DNA of 64,000 nt, taken from assembly GCA_032718475.1 (NCBI GenBank), contig JAUCBJ010005876.1:1-64000 (forward strand), in the 5' to 3' direction. Below, one piece after another: positions 52,509 to 64,000 of this stretch; position 1 is the stretch's first letter; each line of letters starts with the position of its first letter. The position numbers and the translations under genes are program-made. The stretch comes from Nemertoderma westbladi (taxonomy: Eukaryota > Animalia > Xenacoelomorpha). Under the pieces are notes generated by a model, which did not search any database, had not been told where the DNA came from, and worked only from the letters and a program-made list of their open reading frames with translations.

Positions 52509-54149
52509 TGCCAACTTTGCAATGCCTAAACAAAATTTCTAAAATAATTAATTACATTAACTAATTAAATTAGGAGACTATCCTAATAGTAATCCTTGGT
52601 CGGTTGGTTGATCCTTGGAACCACCTAATATGATACAGTAGATGGTTCGAAATACAGTAGGATTATCGTTTGAGATTCTTGAGAAATCTTTGAGATATAT
52701 TTTATTTACTTTCAGTTTCAGTTTTTATTTATATAATGTTTCGAGTTATATATTGAATGTTGTAAGTTTATTAATATAATAATAAAATCCATTCAAAACC
52801 ACAATGCACCAATTAAAATGATACCGGTATTTCCAATAAATTATGTTCACTCATATAATAATTAAGATTGTAAAAATATTTATGATGGTAAATACATATA
52901 TTTATATTTATTGAAAAAAAAAAATATAAAATTGGTGCTACTAGGTATTCTACAAATCACTAATTTAGAAGTGTTAGAGATAAATTTTTGTTACTATTAA
53001 TATAATATACGAAAATATACAATATTAATATTAATTAATTTAAAAATAAATAAATATGTCGACCTAAGCAATTTAACTTTTTTTTGTAAAATAAATTTTA
53101 CAGATAAACTCTTATAAAGTCAATGCAAGCACCACACATATGGATAGTAAAATTACGAATAAATATTGACATTGCTCATGCTCATAATATTTTATAATTT
53201 ATAACATAGATGGATTCAAATATTACTTTTTATTACTATGTTCTTTATATACAGAAACATTATTTCGTGGTTAATACAAATATATAAATGTAACGCGGGG
53301 ATTAAAAATGTATCAAAATCATTTTGAAAATAAAATGAAGATAACTGACTATCCACTGTATAATATATATATATGTTCGGTAATATATGGAAAAAAGGTA
53401 TTTCAGCATTCATAGTCGGCGCAACAATTATACTTGTAAAAATCCTACTTTGCATCCGTAAATCAGTATGGCTTTGTGGCTCCGCTAATAAGCAGCCCAC
53501 CTACACACCGCATTATACATACAAAGCGCCGAGCTAGCGTGTATTGTGTAGCGGTAACTCTCTACCTGAAGGTATATAAACAACAGCGGATGCAGCAGGT
53601 TGGTTGGGGTTGCGACAGTCATCTGGGACTATGTTGGTCACGTCCGGACGCAACTACGTGCGAGCGGACGCATATATACGACGCGAATTGACGGGGTCCG
53701 CGAAGGGTAATGAATAATTCACCGGTTAAACGCATCAATATTCACTAGAAATAATGGAAAACAGCAGAATAGTTTCCTTGAGAAATGGTGTTACCCACGA
53801 GAATTAAGGGAAAGAAATATCAATAGCAAAATAGCAGTTTTTAGATGTTAAAATCAACGTTATTTATTGAATACCACAGCAAAAGTATAAGTTATTTTTG
53901 GGAGATATTAATCAAAATTATAATTTTCATAAAAGCATATATTTCGCATTACTTTCCATAAGAATTAGTATTAGAATTAGAACTTCTACAGATAGGGGGG
54001 GGGGGGGGGGGGTCAAACTCTCACTCTCACAGGGAAAAATATACAGAAATAATAGCGGATTACTCATAGAAATAAAATGTTAACCTGTTCTATGGACTTC
54101 CCCGGTTTAAAATCACCAGACCACGTTGACATGCCATATATAATAATTA

Positions 54150-54297
54150 GTAATAATAATAATATATAATATATAATATAATATAATATATAATATATAT
54201 AATATAATATAATATAATAATATAATATATAATATAATTTATAATATAATATATAATACATATAATATAATATATAATATAATATATAATAATTATT
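54150..54297. repeat. AT-only low-complexity (ATAAT)n tract
   Basis: Directly visible. Confidence 0.9.
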
Positions 54298-55875
54298 AAG
54301 TAATTTTCGAGATTTCATGTGTAAGTGCATAGGGTTGCATACATTTTTAACTAATTCCAATATTATAACACAAACCAATTTCATATCAGCACTGCCCAAT
54401 GTCCAGTCCATTCCTTCTAGTATTATACAATAAACCAGAGAAACCCGAACCACATTACAATGGGGGAGAAATGTATGGCCATGGTCAATTGTCATGGTCA
54501 ACCAATCTGTATAAGGTAGATAATAGAGCTGTAAGCCTAATTCGTCTTTTCAAAGGTACAAAACCTACAATTATTTAGAGACAAGCCCAATAATGCTAAT
54601 GCTTGACTTTTGAGATTTTAGAAGCTTTAGTGTTAGCGCACTTCAATTGTTGTTGAAATAATTGCCCGTATAAACGCAACGGGATAATATGTAGGTAATA
54701 CTAGCTCGGTAGATCGCCCTCATACAATTCCTATAGAAAACCGAACAAATCGTAGGTGTCAATCAGGGACCCCAGAGTAACAGAATAAAAACCCAGCACT
54801 AATTGAACCTAGCGGGCCCTCAATCCAAGCTGGTTGAATACCGGTAGGCCCTAAAATAAAAAAAACCCACAAGCACTGCAGTGACTGGATTGTGTTTCTT
54901 TATGATTCATTTATCACTTCAATTTTATAAAAATAATAATAAATAAAATTTAACTGAAAAGTTATTTACCCACCGTACACTAGCTGGTGTTGCTGGCATT
55001 AACAAATAATAATTAGCAAATAAAAACTAAAATTTTATGGGACACCCTGTGTTTCATCATTTTGCACATAATAGGTAAATCATGACTTTGACACACTCTC
55101 CCCGCATGAGGATCACTGGGTGATCAACTATACCGTAGTTATATTAAACCTCTCTTCGTTTTAGTTTTGGGTAAATGTATTAAAAGCAGAGCTCGCGGTC
55201 CACGGGTTTCCTGTTATTCGACTCGCCACGCCTCGCCAACTAAAAGGAAGGGAACACTCGCCAGCTCGTAATCAAGCTAGTTTCACACCGCGTGCGCCCA
55301 AACGTTACGCCATATAGGAAGCCCTTAGGTGACGGACCCCACTGGCTTGTTGTAAGGAAACTGTCTGTCTCCTTTCCCAACGTCAGTGAGGCGATGCAAT
55401 GCAACAGTTTACTGGCCGCAGGTCCTTCAATTGGTTTTAAATCTCATCTTTGCGTCTTACAAATATTAAGGAACACTATAACCTCTGTTGAGAATGTACT
55501 CATTTAGGAACCAACTACAATAAAAATTTTGGAAATATTCCCAATTATTAGACGCCGATTGTCTATAAATCTAGAATTTGGTAGGGAGAGTGCCAAAATT
55601 AGTAATTTAATAAAGAACTTTAGTCGAGGCAGAAATGACGAAAGTTGGAAAGTAATCTACGATGATAAGGAATTAGCGAGGAGTGTCGGTCCGGTGAAAC
55701 ACCTTTACAGATTATTTTCCATAATTAAAGATATTATCGGGGTCCTGGGTAATTAAAACCAATGGTAAATGAAATTGATTTGATATTGCCATTACTGTGA
55801 TCTGATCGCCAGTTACTTCAATATGCAAAAACTTTATTTTGAAGGTGGTAAGACAATTTATTCTAGCTACTGTTT

Positions 55876-56700
55876 TTAGATTTGCTTTCCACCACCATAC
55901 GGCGATGTCATGAACTTTGTATCTTCTGTACGGTTCCATTCCGCTGCCGCAAGGCATCCCCCATCAACGACAAGAGATGTTCCGGTTACCCCTGAAGAAT
56001 CTTCGCACGACAAATATAATATACTCTTCGCCACATCCATTGGCTGCATTATAACTCCCATTGGGACTCGAAGCAACCTGCCATCCAAAGCGCCTTCAGG
56101 AAGACTTTTCATATGATGTCTCAGCATCGGGGTGTTGACTACCCCTGGGCACACGCAGTTGCACCGGAGGCCATAGACGGCATAGTCTAAGGCAATATTC
56201 CGAGACAGACCGAGGACGGCGTGTTTGGATGCGATGTAACTAGCAGTGAGTCGTTGTCCTGTGAAACTGTTCTGGGAACCAACGTTAACGACGTAACTAC
56301 GACTGTTCTTCTCAAGATGCGGGAAAGCGTGTTTGAAGGAAAGAAACATGGACTTGAGATTTACATCCATCAATCGATTCCAATTAGCCTCGTCGTATTC
56401 GTGCAGCAAACCCACATGGAACACACCCTGACAGTTAATAACAATGTCAAGACCACCGAACTTAGCTACAGTTTCACTGATAGTCTCCTTAACCCGCTCA
56501 CCAATAGTAACATCGCACTCTAAGAATATCGCGTTCCCTCCTATTCTTCGTATCTTTTCAGCCAGTAATTCCCCTGACATCTTCTGCATATCAACAATAG
56601 CTACTTTAGCCCCTTGAGCTGCAAACAATTCAGCAGTTGCCTCGCCAATCCCAGAAGCTCCGCCCCCAATCCAAGCAACTGACCCATCCAATCTACCCAT
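55876..56700 (-). CDS. Classical short-chain dehydrogenase/reductase, probably NAD-preferring, intronless, 274 aa
   Basis: GGGASGIG, acidic D at the end of beta2 (VAIVD), CDVT, NCQG (NNAG variant), catalytic S and YIASK, CPG, TGTSLVVDGG. Confidence 0.93.
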   Translation of the reverse strand: MGRLDGSVAWIGGGASGIGEATAELFAAQGAKVAIVDMQKMSGELLAEKIRRIGGNAIFLECDVTIGERVKETISETVAKFGGLDIVINCQGVFHVGLLHEYDEANWNRLMDVNLKSMFLSFKHAFPHLEKNSRSYVVNVGSQNSFTGQRLTASYIASKHAVLGLSRNIALDYAVYGLRCNCVCPGVVNTPMLRHHMKSLPEGALDGRLLRVPMGVIMQPMDVAKSILYLSCEDSSGVTGTSLVVDGGCLAAAEWNRTEDTKFMTSPYGGGKQI

Positions 56701-57205
56701 TGTTTATATTGTTAGTTTAATTTGGAATCACCAACCGCGAAGAAGATAGCTTAATAAAAACTTGATTACGAATTAACAATAAAATTAACGACTGAGACAA
56801 CTAAATCACCAAATTCGCCAGTATTTCTAGCAAATGTTTTGTATTTATGTTTAATAATTATAAATTTTTTTATTTTTGTGTTATATTAGTTTATAAAACC
56901 TTTCTACTATAACGTAATATTCAACATTGGTTAATAATCGCATTTCTTTCATCTCACTGTTCAAATACTGATTATAATTTGTAGACCCTTGACTTATTAC
57001 AAGATACAGATCATTTTATCTTCTAGATAAAACTAGTGGGATAAAACTAATGGGATATAATAATATATGTAAATCGAATGTCCGAATTTTCAGAATTAAT
57101 TAACTAATCACATGTTACACGTCCAATAACCGCATTGTAATGTAGCATAATGTTACACCATATTCGTGTTACACCTCGGACATTATTTTGAAATTAAACC
57201 ATTAA

Positions 57206-58111
57206 CCCTATTACCACTGGGGGGGGGGGGGGGGGGGGGGGGGGGATCGGCCCCTTCCTAGTTTTTAATTGCTGTATCTATGCAACCACATCATGTACCT
57301 GCCCAATTATTTTACGAGAATTAGTCAAATTTAATGGCGCATCTTTTTCAAAAAACGGCACTGCAATTAGATTTATACTTTTCGATGTGCGTGCCACCTC
57401 AATATTTGGTCCCCAGCAGAATTTTTTTTTGAAATTTTATAATCTTACAATGTCATTTGTGTATTTATGTTGGGGCTTTATTGATTCTGATTCGTACGGA
57501 GCACTCTACTACTCTATATAAGTATGTAGGTGTAGTGGTACGTCATATTGGTGAACCAAAATTAGGGCGTGGTACTTTTTCAAAATCAGAATAAGTGCCA
57601 CTCCCTGATTTTGGTGCACCAAAAATGACGAACCACTAAGTCTTCAGGCTTCTGTATTACTTTCAAACGATTCAGCGGTCCAGAAAACCTATAAAAAAAT
57701 GCGTTGAAATCAAAACTTGGGGGCATTTTCCGAAAATGGTATTTTTCAAAATTTGAAGTGCCACGCCCACTTCTTAGGTCCACGAAAAATAGCATCCAGT
57801 TCAATTTTCGGAAATTGAATACAATCGCATTCGATTCAGCGTAGTGAAAAATCTACTAACGCTAGCTAACAATGCCACACTATTAGTTTTTAGAATATCA
57901 AAAATTTTATATTTTGTCCTGGGACTACTTCTATTTTTCATGAAAATTATTATAAACACCTTATGAAATTTTAATTTTTTGGATTTGAAAATGTTCTTCG
58001 ATAATGTTTCCCCTATACCCCAAATTTCGTAGGATTTCATTGTATGATTACAAAAATACAGTGGCCGAATCGGCCCCCCGCCAGTGCTGCTAACACCCAG
58101 TGGTAATAGGG
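57206..58111. mobile_element. Non-autonomous piggyBac-type element
   Basis: TTAA|CCCTATTACCACTGGG … CCCAGTGGTAATAGGG|TTAA: perfect 16-bp TIR and TTAA TSD. Confidence 0.9.
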
Positions 58112-58935
58112 TTAAGTTCTGGTTTAGTCATAATAGTATTATATATAACTAACTATAGAAGCTAATTTAAAGGATCTTTGCGAAAATGTAGTTAGACATT
58201 CTGACAAATTGTTGTGATTCAACAATCAGTTACACTCGCTTAACCAGAGGCTCTTTTTGCAGTCACGCATGGAATAGTGAATATACATGAATATTTAGAA
58301 TTCCATGAGTAAATGGTCCATAATTTAGGTTCTAGTCGATATTATTAACTGAGTGTTGTATTCTAGAACGCATAAAATGCGATTCCCGGGAAATATACAG
58401 TAACAGTATATGTAGCAGTTACGGTGTGTCGAATCGACTGGTTTAACTGATATGTATAGTAATACAGGAAAAGGAACAAACATTTTCACATTTAGCAAAT
58501 GTTACACGTGGGCAACATTTTTTTTTAAAAACATGTTCATTTTTTCAAGCACGGGTATATTCTTCCACGAAATATGATGCCTTCTTGAACATACATACAT
58601 ACATACACCCCTACACATACATATGCATACATACATACACACGATGCATAAATTATTCAACTTTCTGATAGGATATTAACTGTTTCCAGTATCCAGTCAA
58701 CTGGCTCCGAGACTACGATTCCCTTGGAATGGCGACATCTTCTCCTCGCTGGCTGTTCTTTAACAAATACACGTGACATTGTCACGTGTTATTACGTTAT
58801 GTAGTAAGGGGTGGATGGTTAATGAATGAATTTGGGATTGCAAAACCATTTAGGATTATATTCCATCGGTTACTTTTGCCTTATTATTGTTTCGTTCGAA
58901 AAGTGAATCCACTGCAGTGAGGAACTTTTCGGTTC

Positions 58936-59220
58936 GGTTCTAAAATACTAAATCACAGACTATTAGTGGTCAAATTCCTGGTTCTAGAATACTAATTCAC
59001 AGATTATTAGTGGTCAACTTCCTGGTTCTAGAATACTAAATCACAGACTATTAGTGGTCAACTTCCTGGTTCTAGAATACTAAATCACAGACTATTAGTG
59101 GTCAACTTCCTGGTTCTAGAATACTAATTCACAGACTATTAGTGGTCAACTTCCTGGTTCTAGAATACTAAATCACAGACTATTAGTGGTCAACTTCCTG
59201 GTTCTAGAATACTAAATCAC
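58936..59220. repeat. 44-bp minisatellite, ~6.5 copies
   Basis: Unit GGTTCTAGAATACTAAATCACAGACTATTAGTGGTCAACTTCCT. Confidence 0.95.
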
Positions 59221-60134
59221 TATCGGATTCATTCTGGAGTTATACTTCCGGGTTCTACAATTACATAAAACTAGAAGATAAATATAAAATACCATGTCAT
59301 GATATTCTTAAATTCTACGTATATTTTATAGAATCTATATTTTTGGATTGCTGGAATTTACAATCCAATTGCCGCAAATATTAAACGATTGACAAATAAA
59401 CGTAAGCTACGCCCAGAATAGTTTACAGAGTTACTATGCCAACCGCGTCTTCTCTCGGCTCCTATTGGCTAGTCGTCCCTTTTGGTGTCCTGTTGTTTGG
59501 TTCCCCGTAGTCTGCCTGTTCTTCGTGCGGCAATCAGACCGACTTTCCTTCCCGCGGAGGTAGAACGACGAACGGTCGACGGTTTACCGATATGTTGATG
59601 GTTACCACCGCCGTGGGGATGTTCCACGGGCTAAAGGAATAGATAGATATATAGTTAGTTGTTACATTGTAGGGTATATAAAATATATCTAACTTATCAA
59701 CAGAGCCATCACACTCAATGCAAAGTATGACACACCCTTTATGTTTAAGAATATATTTTGGGCGCAACATAAACAGTGGGATGAATAATAGGACATGAGT
59801 TAATATGACACATGGGATCAATAATAATATGGAAAGGAACTGTGAGGTGATAATAGGCCAAGGATAATGTTCTGAGTTGATGGCGTGATAATTAATAGTA
59901 CCCGATAATCATAGATATCGTAGTGATTTCATTAAATTAGTTCAAAAGTTTACGTGAATATGAAACAATATAAGTTCCAATATGACTAGATATAATTATA
60001 ATTTCTTTATTAAAATAAACAACGGAATATTTTAAAGATATACGTATAAAAAAGCATGTAAAATATAGAATCATGTACATAAAATTAAACTACAGCAAAT
60101 GTTACGAATAGCTAGCTGTGTTAGCGGAAGTCTA

Positions 60135-63035
60135 TTATTCTAAGTGTTGGTAGTAACTACAGTGGACAGAGTCGGTACGCATGAGATACCCGGGTCTGTA
60201 AATCAAATCGACCACGTAGGATTTAGGGGGGAAATCGGGGGGTGGAGGAGGTGGATCGGGTTTACTTGGTTCGTCTTGGGGGGCCAACTCCGGGACAGTA
60301 ACACCGGATTGCGCCCTACCAGACTGGGCGGTCCCTGACTGTGCAGCTCCAGACTGTGCTGTACGGGGAGCACTCCTTGGCGCCGATTCCACACCCGACT
60401 CCCTCCTAGAAACTCCCCCGTCTTCCCGGATACTTACTGACTTACGGCCTCCGGATATGGCCGTCGACGCCTTACTAACTACTTCCTTAGGATCAACATC
60501 ATCCAAAGGAACATCAACCTCGCTCCTTCCAGTCTCCAGATCCCCGATCTCGTCTCCCATCTCCTGTATATAATTATCGACATCGTCAGTAACTTCCTTA
60601 TCGGCCTCGGTAACTTCCTCAGCTAACAATACTTCGTTCCACGCGCGGTTGTACTGCCCGCGTTCCAACGTACAAGGCAACGCGATTCGATCAGCCAACG
60701 TCTTAAATAACAAAGCGCGATGGTATTGAACCCCGGCGGTTATCCTACCGATTGGAATCACATTGGATCCCAATTCCATCTTAAGTTTACTTATCTCCAA
60801 CTCGTAGGCGAACTCGCCGAGTTTACCTCGTTCAATCGGACCGCCCATCCGCGCAGCCACGAACTCCGCTAGCGCGACCACCTGCTCCAACGTGGTCGCT
60901 AGCGGGAGCACCTCCTCCACCACCGTCTGTATCCACTCCTCGAGCTGCTGATCCCACGGAGTAATAAACTTCTCGGGGAGTTTCTCCGACGGCTGCGGTG
61001 TGACGTCGCCTCCGAGTAAACCCCCTTCCTCGTCGCTACTCGCGACTAAACTTCCACCTCGTTTCGTCTTCGATCGTTTCTTCCCCCGCGCCGAACCCTT
61101 TTTGCTGCTTCCGGTGCTCCTCTGTCGGCTTTCCGGCAACCCCTCGGTATCGGCGGATGACGACGGAACCGGCGTCGACGGAGGTTGAATCTCCACCGAG
61201 TTCACCAACAGAATCGGCCGTTTATCGTTAACTTCCTCGCGGCACAAATCCTCAAGCGGTTTAACCCGGACTTGCGTTTGTATCTGTCCGCAGTCGAAGA
61301 AGCCGTCGGGGATTCTGTCCGAGTAATCCAACCGTCCGGTGAAGGCGTACTTAGCCGGCAGACTGTTATCCAGCATGCGATGGAACGCCCGTTCGGTAAA
61401 GTAGTTCCTCAACGTCACCGAGTTCTGTATGTCGATGAGGACATCCATGGCCTCGTGCTTGGTGAGTTCGGCGGCTGTGTCGGAATCAGCGGCGCACACG
61501 GCCACGGCCCACGCCGCGTTCCGTCTGACCTCACCGGACCCGGATCGGAGTAAATCGACGAGGAGACGAAGACCTCCGGAGTCGCGGATCTCTTGGCGCG
61601 CCGTTCCGTCGACAACAAACACCGAAACGGCAGCAGCGGCGCGGCATTGAACCAACTCGTTCCGACTCGAAAGCGCGTCATTCAGCGCGGTAACGATGCC
61701 GCGCTTTATTATTGCACCCCGAAGCACCTCGTCCGGGGCCATGTTGCTAAGAGCAACCGCAGCGTTCGCCTGACACAATTCGCGCGAATCCCCCAACATC
61801 TTCACGAGAAACTCGACGCCATTTCGGTCGAATACTTCCGCGCAGTTGTATGCGTTACTAGCGGTGATGGTTGCCATGGTGAGTGACGCGGCCTCCCTCG
61901 CGTCATCCTTGTCGCTACGCAACATGGAGACCAAGGGGGCGACGCCGTCATTCCTCCCGATGTAGTCCCTACTGCTGATGTTGTCAGCCATTGTGGCGAG
62001 GGCCCGTGCCGCGGCCGCGCGGACCTTGGTGTCGTTGTCTGTCGACAGCAGCGCGATCAACGGAACCTCTAGCTCCGCTTCGTGGAAGATCTTACAGCTC
62101 TCCGAATGTTTGGCGGCGCGAGAAACTGCGGAGGAGACAGCAGTGCGGGCCTCCACGGTGGTCTCATCGTCCGAGAGGAACTTCATTAACTTGCCGAGGC
62201 CTCCGGAAGAGAAGAGGAGTTCGCAAGTTTCTGGATCCTCTAACATGTTGGATAGAACCCGGAGGCAGTTAGTGTGCTGGGGAAACCAATCCTGCTTGTT
62301 AAGGAACTTCAAACATTCCTCTAGGATGTTGAGATCTCTAAGAGCTTCCCGGTTTACAATGTCCAGACTTAGTTTCTCGAGACAATCCAAAGCGAGGGTC
62401 TGTATCGCCGGATAGTCAGACTTCGTGAGTTCGATTAGTGTCTCCAGTCCGGAGTCTACCTTCCGAACGGATGCGCGTGCTCGGAAGTCCTCCAAGAGCA
62501 ACGAGATCGCCTCCACTGAGTTCTTCTGCACATCTGGGTCCGAACTTTTGAGACATTCGACCAGCAACTCGACCCCGTCTTTGGCGTAGAGCAGCACCTT
62601 GGTGGTGAACTCACGAGCGAGCGAAGCGAGGTATAGAGTCGCGAACTCGTGTGTCACAGTCTCTTCGTCGGGCCCCAACAGCTTCTGGATCGGTTTCACG
62701 TAGACTTTGGGGTCTCGGTGTCTGAGGTTCCGTCGCACTTCGGGGTGCACTGCTAGAACGCCCAACGCCATGACAGCGTTGCGTCTAACAGCCCGCTCCT
62801 CGTGTCTCACCAGTCGCAACAGCGGCTCAACCGCTCCTAATCCCAGAACGACTGACTTGTTGTCGTCGCTTTTCTCGCCGTAGCGGTAAAGCGCTTCACA
62901 AGACCGAACTAACACCTCGTCCTCTGGACTTTCTAAGAGTAGAACCGCAGTCTGGGCGACTTTCGCGTCGACATTAACCGGGTCAAACACGTCTGTTGGT
63001 GGCGGCTCTGCATCCTTCTTTACCTTTTTACCCAT
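60135..63035 (-). CDS. ARMC3: Armadillo repeat-containing protein 3, single coding exon, ~966 aa
   Basis: N-terminus MGKKVKKDAEPPPTDVFDP matches recalled ARMC3; ARM repeats; C-terminal EDR1-like YHRALLFKTLADRI…RGQYNRAWNEV. The ATG at 63035 is preferred over the track's upstream start. Confidence 0.93.
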   Translation of the reverse strand: MGKKVKKDAEPPPTDVFDPVNVDAKVAQTAVLLLESPEDEVLVRSCEALYRYGEKSDDNKSVVLGLGAVEPLLRLVRHEERAVRRNAVMALGVLAVHPEVRRNLRHRDPKVYVKPIQKLLGPDEETVTHEFATLYLASLAREFTTKVLLYAKDGVELLVECLKSSDPDVQKNSVEAISLLLEDFRARASVRKVDSGLETLIELTKSDYPAIQTLALDCLEKLSLDIVNREALRDLNILEECLKFLNKQDWFPQHTNCLRVLSNMLEDPETCELLFSSGGLGKLMKFLSDDETTVEARTAVSSAVSRAAKHSESCKIFHEAELEVPLIALLSTDNDTKVRAAAARALATMADNISSRDYIGRNDGVAPLVSMLRSDKDDAREAASLTMATITASNAYNCAEVFDRNGVEFLVKMLGDSRELCQANAAVALSNMAPDEVLRGAIIKRGIVTALNDALSSRNELVQCRAAAAVSVFVVDGTARQEIRDSGGLRLLVDLLRSGSGEVRRNAAWAVAVCAADSDTAAELTKHEAMDVLIDIQNSVTLRNYFTERAFHRMLDNSLPAKYAFTGRLDYSDRIPDGFFDCGQIQTQVRVKPLEDLCREEVNDKRPILLVNSVEIQPPSTPVPSSSADTEGLPESRQRSTGSSKKGSARGKKRSKTKRGGSLVASSDEEGGLLGGDVTPQPSEKLPEKFITPWDQQLEEWIQTVVEEVLPLATTLEQVVALAEFVAARMGGPIERGKLGEFAYELEISKLKMELGSNVIPIGRITAGVQYHRALLFKTLADRIALPCTLERGQYNRAWNEVLLAEEVTEADKEVTDDVDNYIQEMGDEIGDLETGRSEVDVPLDDVDPKEVVSKASTAISGGRKSVSIREDGGVSRRESGVESAPRSAPRTAQSGAAQSGTAQSGRAQSGVTVPELAPQDEPSKPDPPPPPPDFPPKSYVVDLIYRPGYLMRTDSVHCSYYQHLE

Positions 63036-63264
63036 ATTGTATGAATTATAGTTATTTAATTTTAACACTTAAAGTCGCGAAGCTAAATTAAACCGATAAA
63101 TCTAAATGTAAAGTAATAATAAAAAGGAAGACAAGGAAGGCAGTTTAATACATACAGTAAGGATTCCTGACATAGAAACAATAATTACCGAGGTTCCAAT
63201 AGGGTAAATAATTGACAGGTTGACTGGACCGGTTTGTTTTTTAGTTTGGACAACTTTGTATTAA

Positions 63265-63290
63265 TGTTTACAACGTTGCTAGGTAACGTT
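63265..63290. promoter_or_regulatory. Adjacent forkhead (FOXJ1-type) site and RFX X-box upstream of ARMC3
   Basis: TGTTTAC 63265-63271, then GTTGCTAGGTAAC 63275-63287 within the near-palindrome AACGTTGCTAGGTAACGTT, about 240 bp from the ATG. Confidence 0.65.
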
Positions 63291-64000
63291 TCAGCTGGAT
63301 TATTTGGTGCGCCATCTAGCTTAACATATACTTACTGCATTTTGTTGGCAAAAATCACCACTGATTATATAACATGCTACAAACAAACTTACGTATTTAA
63401 AATGGATAAACAAACAATAATAGTTTTAATTGAAATAATGAATAATAGTGTTTTATAAATTTCAACCCGGAAACATGTTTTGTTTATAATAATTTCCTTA
63501 AATTTATTAAATATTGTATTTGATAAATAATTGTTTACATTATTGGCGTCCTAAACCTTAATTAAGATTACCGGATAAAGTTACCCTAAAGCTAAGAAAA
63601 ACATAAAAATTAGCCAAATTTCTTAGATTATGATTTCGTGTTAATAAATTATTAATAAAGAAGAAAAAGTATGATAAAATAATAGTTACGCTAAGTTCAG
63701 AATTGTATTTGGTAAATTGTATTCTTCAATCAATACGTCGGGAGCAGAAACTATCATCATTACTTAGCGAAAAGATTTACCAGAGACAGTCGGGGTCGAA
63801 CTCTAAACCTTTAATTGACGCTACACCGAAGATACCACTATACCTAGAAGACATGATCACATGCCAATGTAAACTGGGACTGTAATTATTACTGAATTAC
63901 TGGTAATGTAAATGTTATTTTGCAAAATACAACCAACGACATATTTTACAACTCAAACAATAATCGTTTTATCATTATTGTGTAAACAATAGTTTACCAA

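Noticed and set aside
60144-62415. Antisense and alternative-frame ORFs over ARMC3 (and likewise over POU3, nAChR, SDR and U2)
   Set aside because: They are shadow ORFs of GC-richer genic sequence with no recognisable motifs.

Overview
AT-rich, repeat-dense invertebrate (metazoan) nuclear DNA; the taxon cannot be fixed from the sequence. There are four protein genes: an intronless alpha-type nicotinic acetylcholine receptor subunit (25463-26881 +), a three-exon POU class III homeobox gene (33305-37694 +, splice phases checked by hand), an intronless bacterial-looking classical SDR (55876-56700 -) and an intronless ARMC3 (60135-63035 -) with an adjacent forkhead + RFX X-box upstream. Two near-identical U2 snRNA genes (10884, 15990) each sit in a duplicated ~1.4 kb cassette that also carries a Penelope-like GIY-YIG fragment. 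Next to them is a tRNA-type Pol III head fused to a minimal, apparently inactivated hammerhead-ribozyme motif (16941-17035). The rest is RTE-like LINE copies, non-autonomous DNA elements (IS3EU-like, piggyBac-like, MULE-like, Helentron/HINE-like) and several kb-scale tandem arrays (33, 52, 51, 20, 101 and 44 bp units). No CRISPR, rRNA or intact tRNA was seen. All family assignments come from recalled motifs, not database searches.
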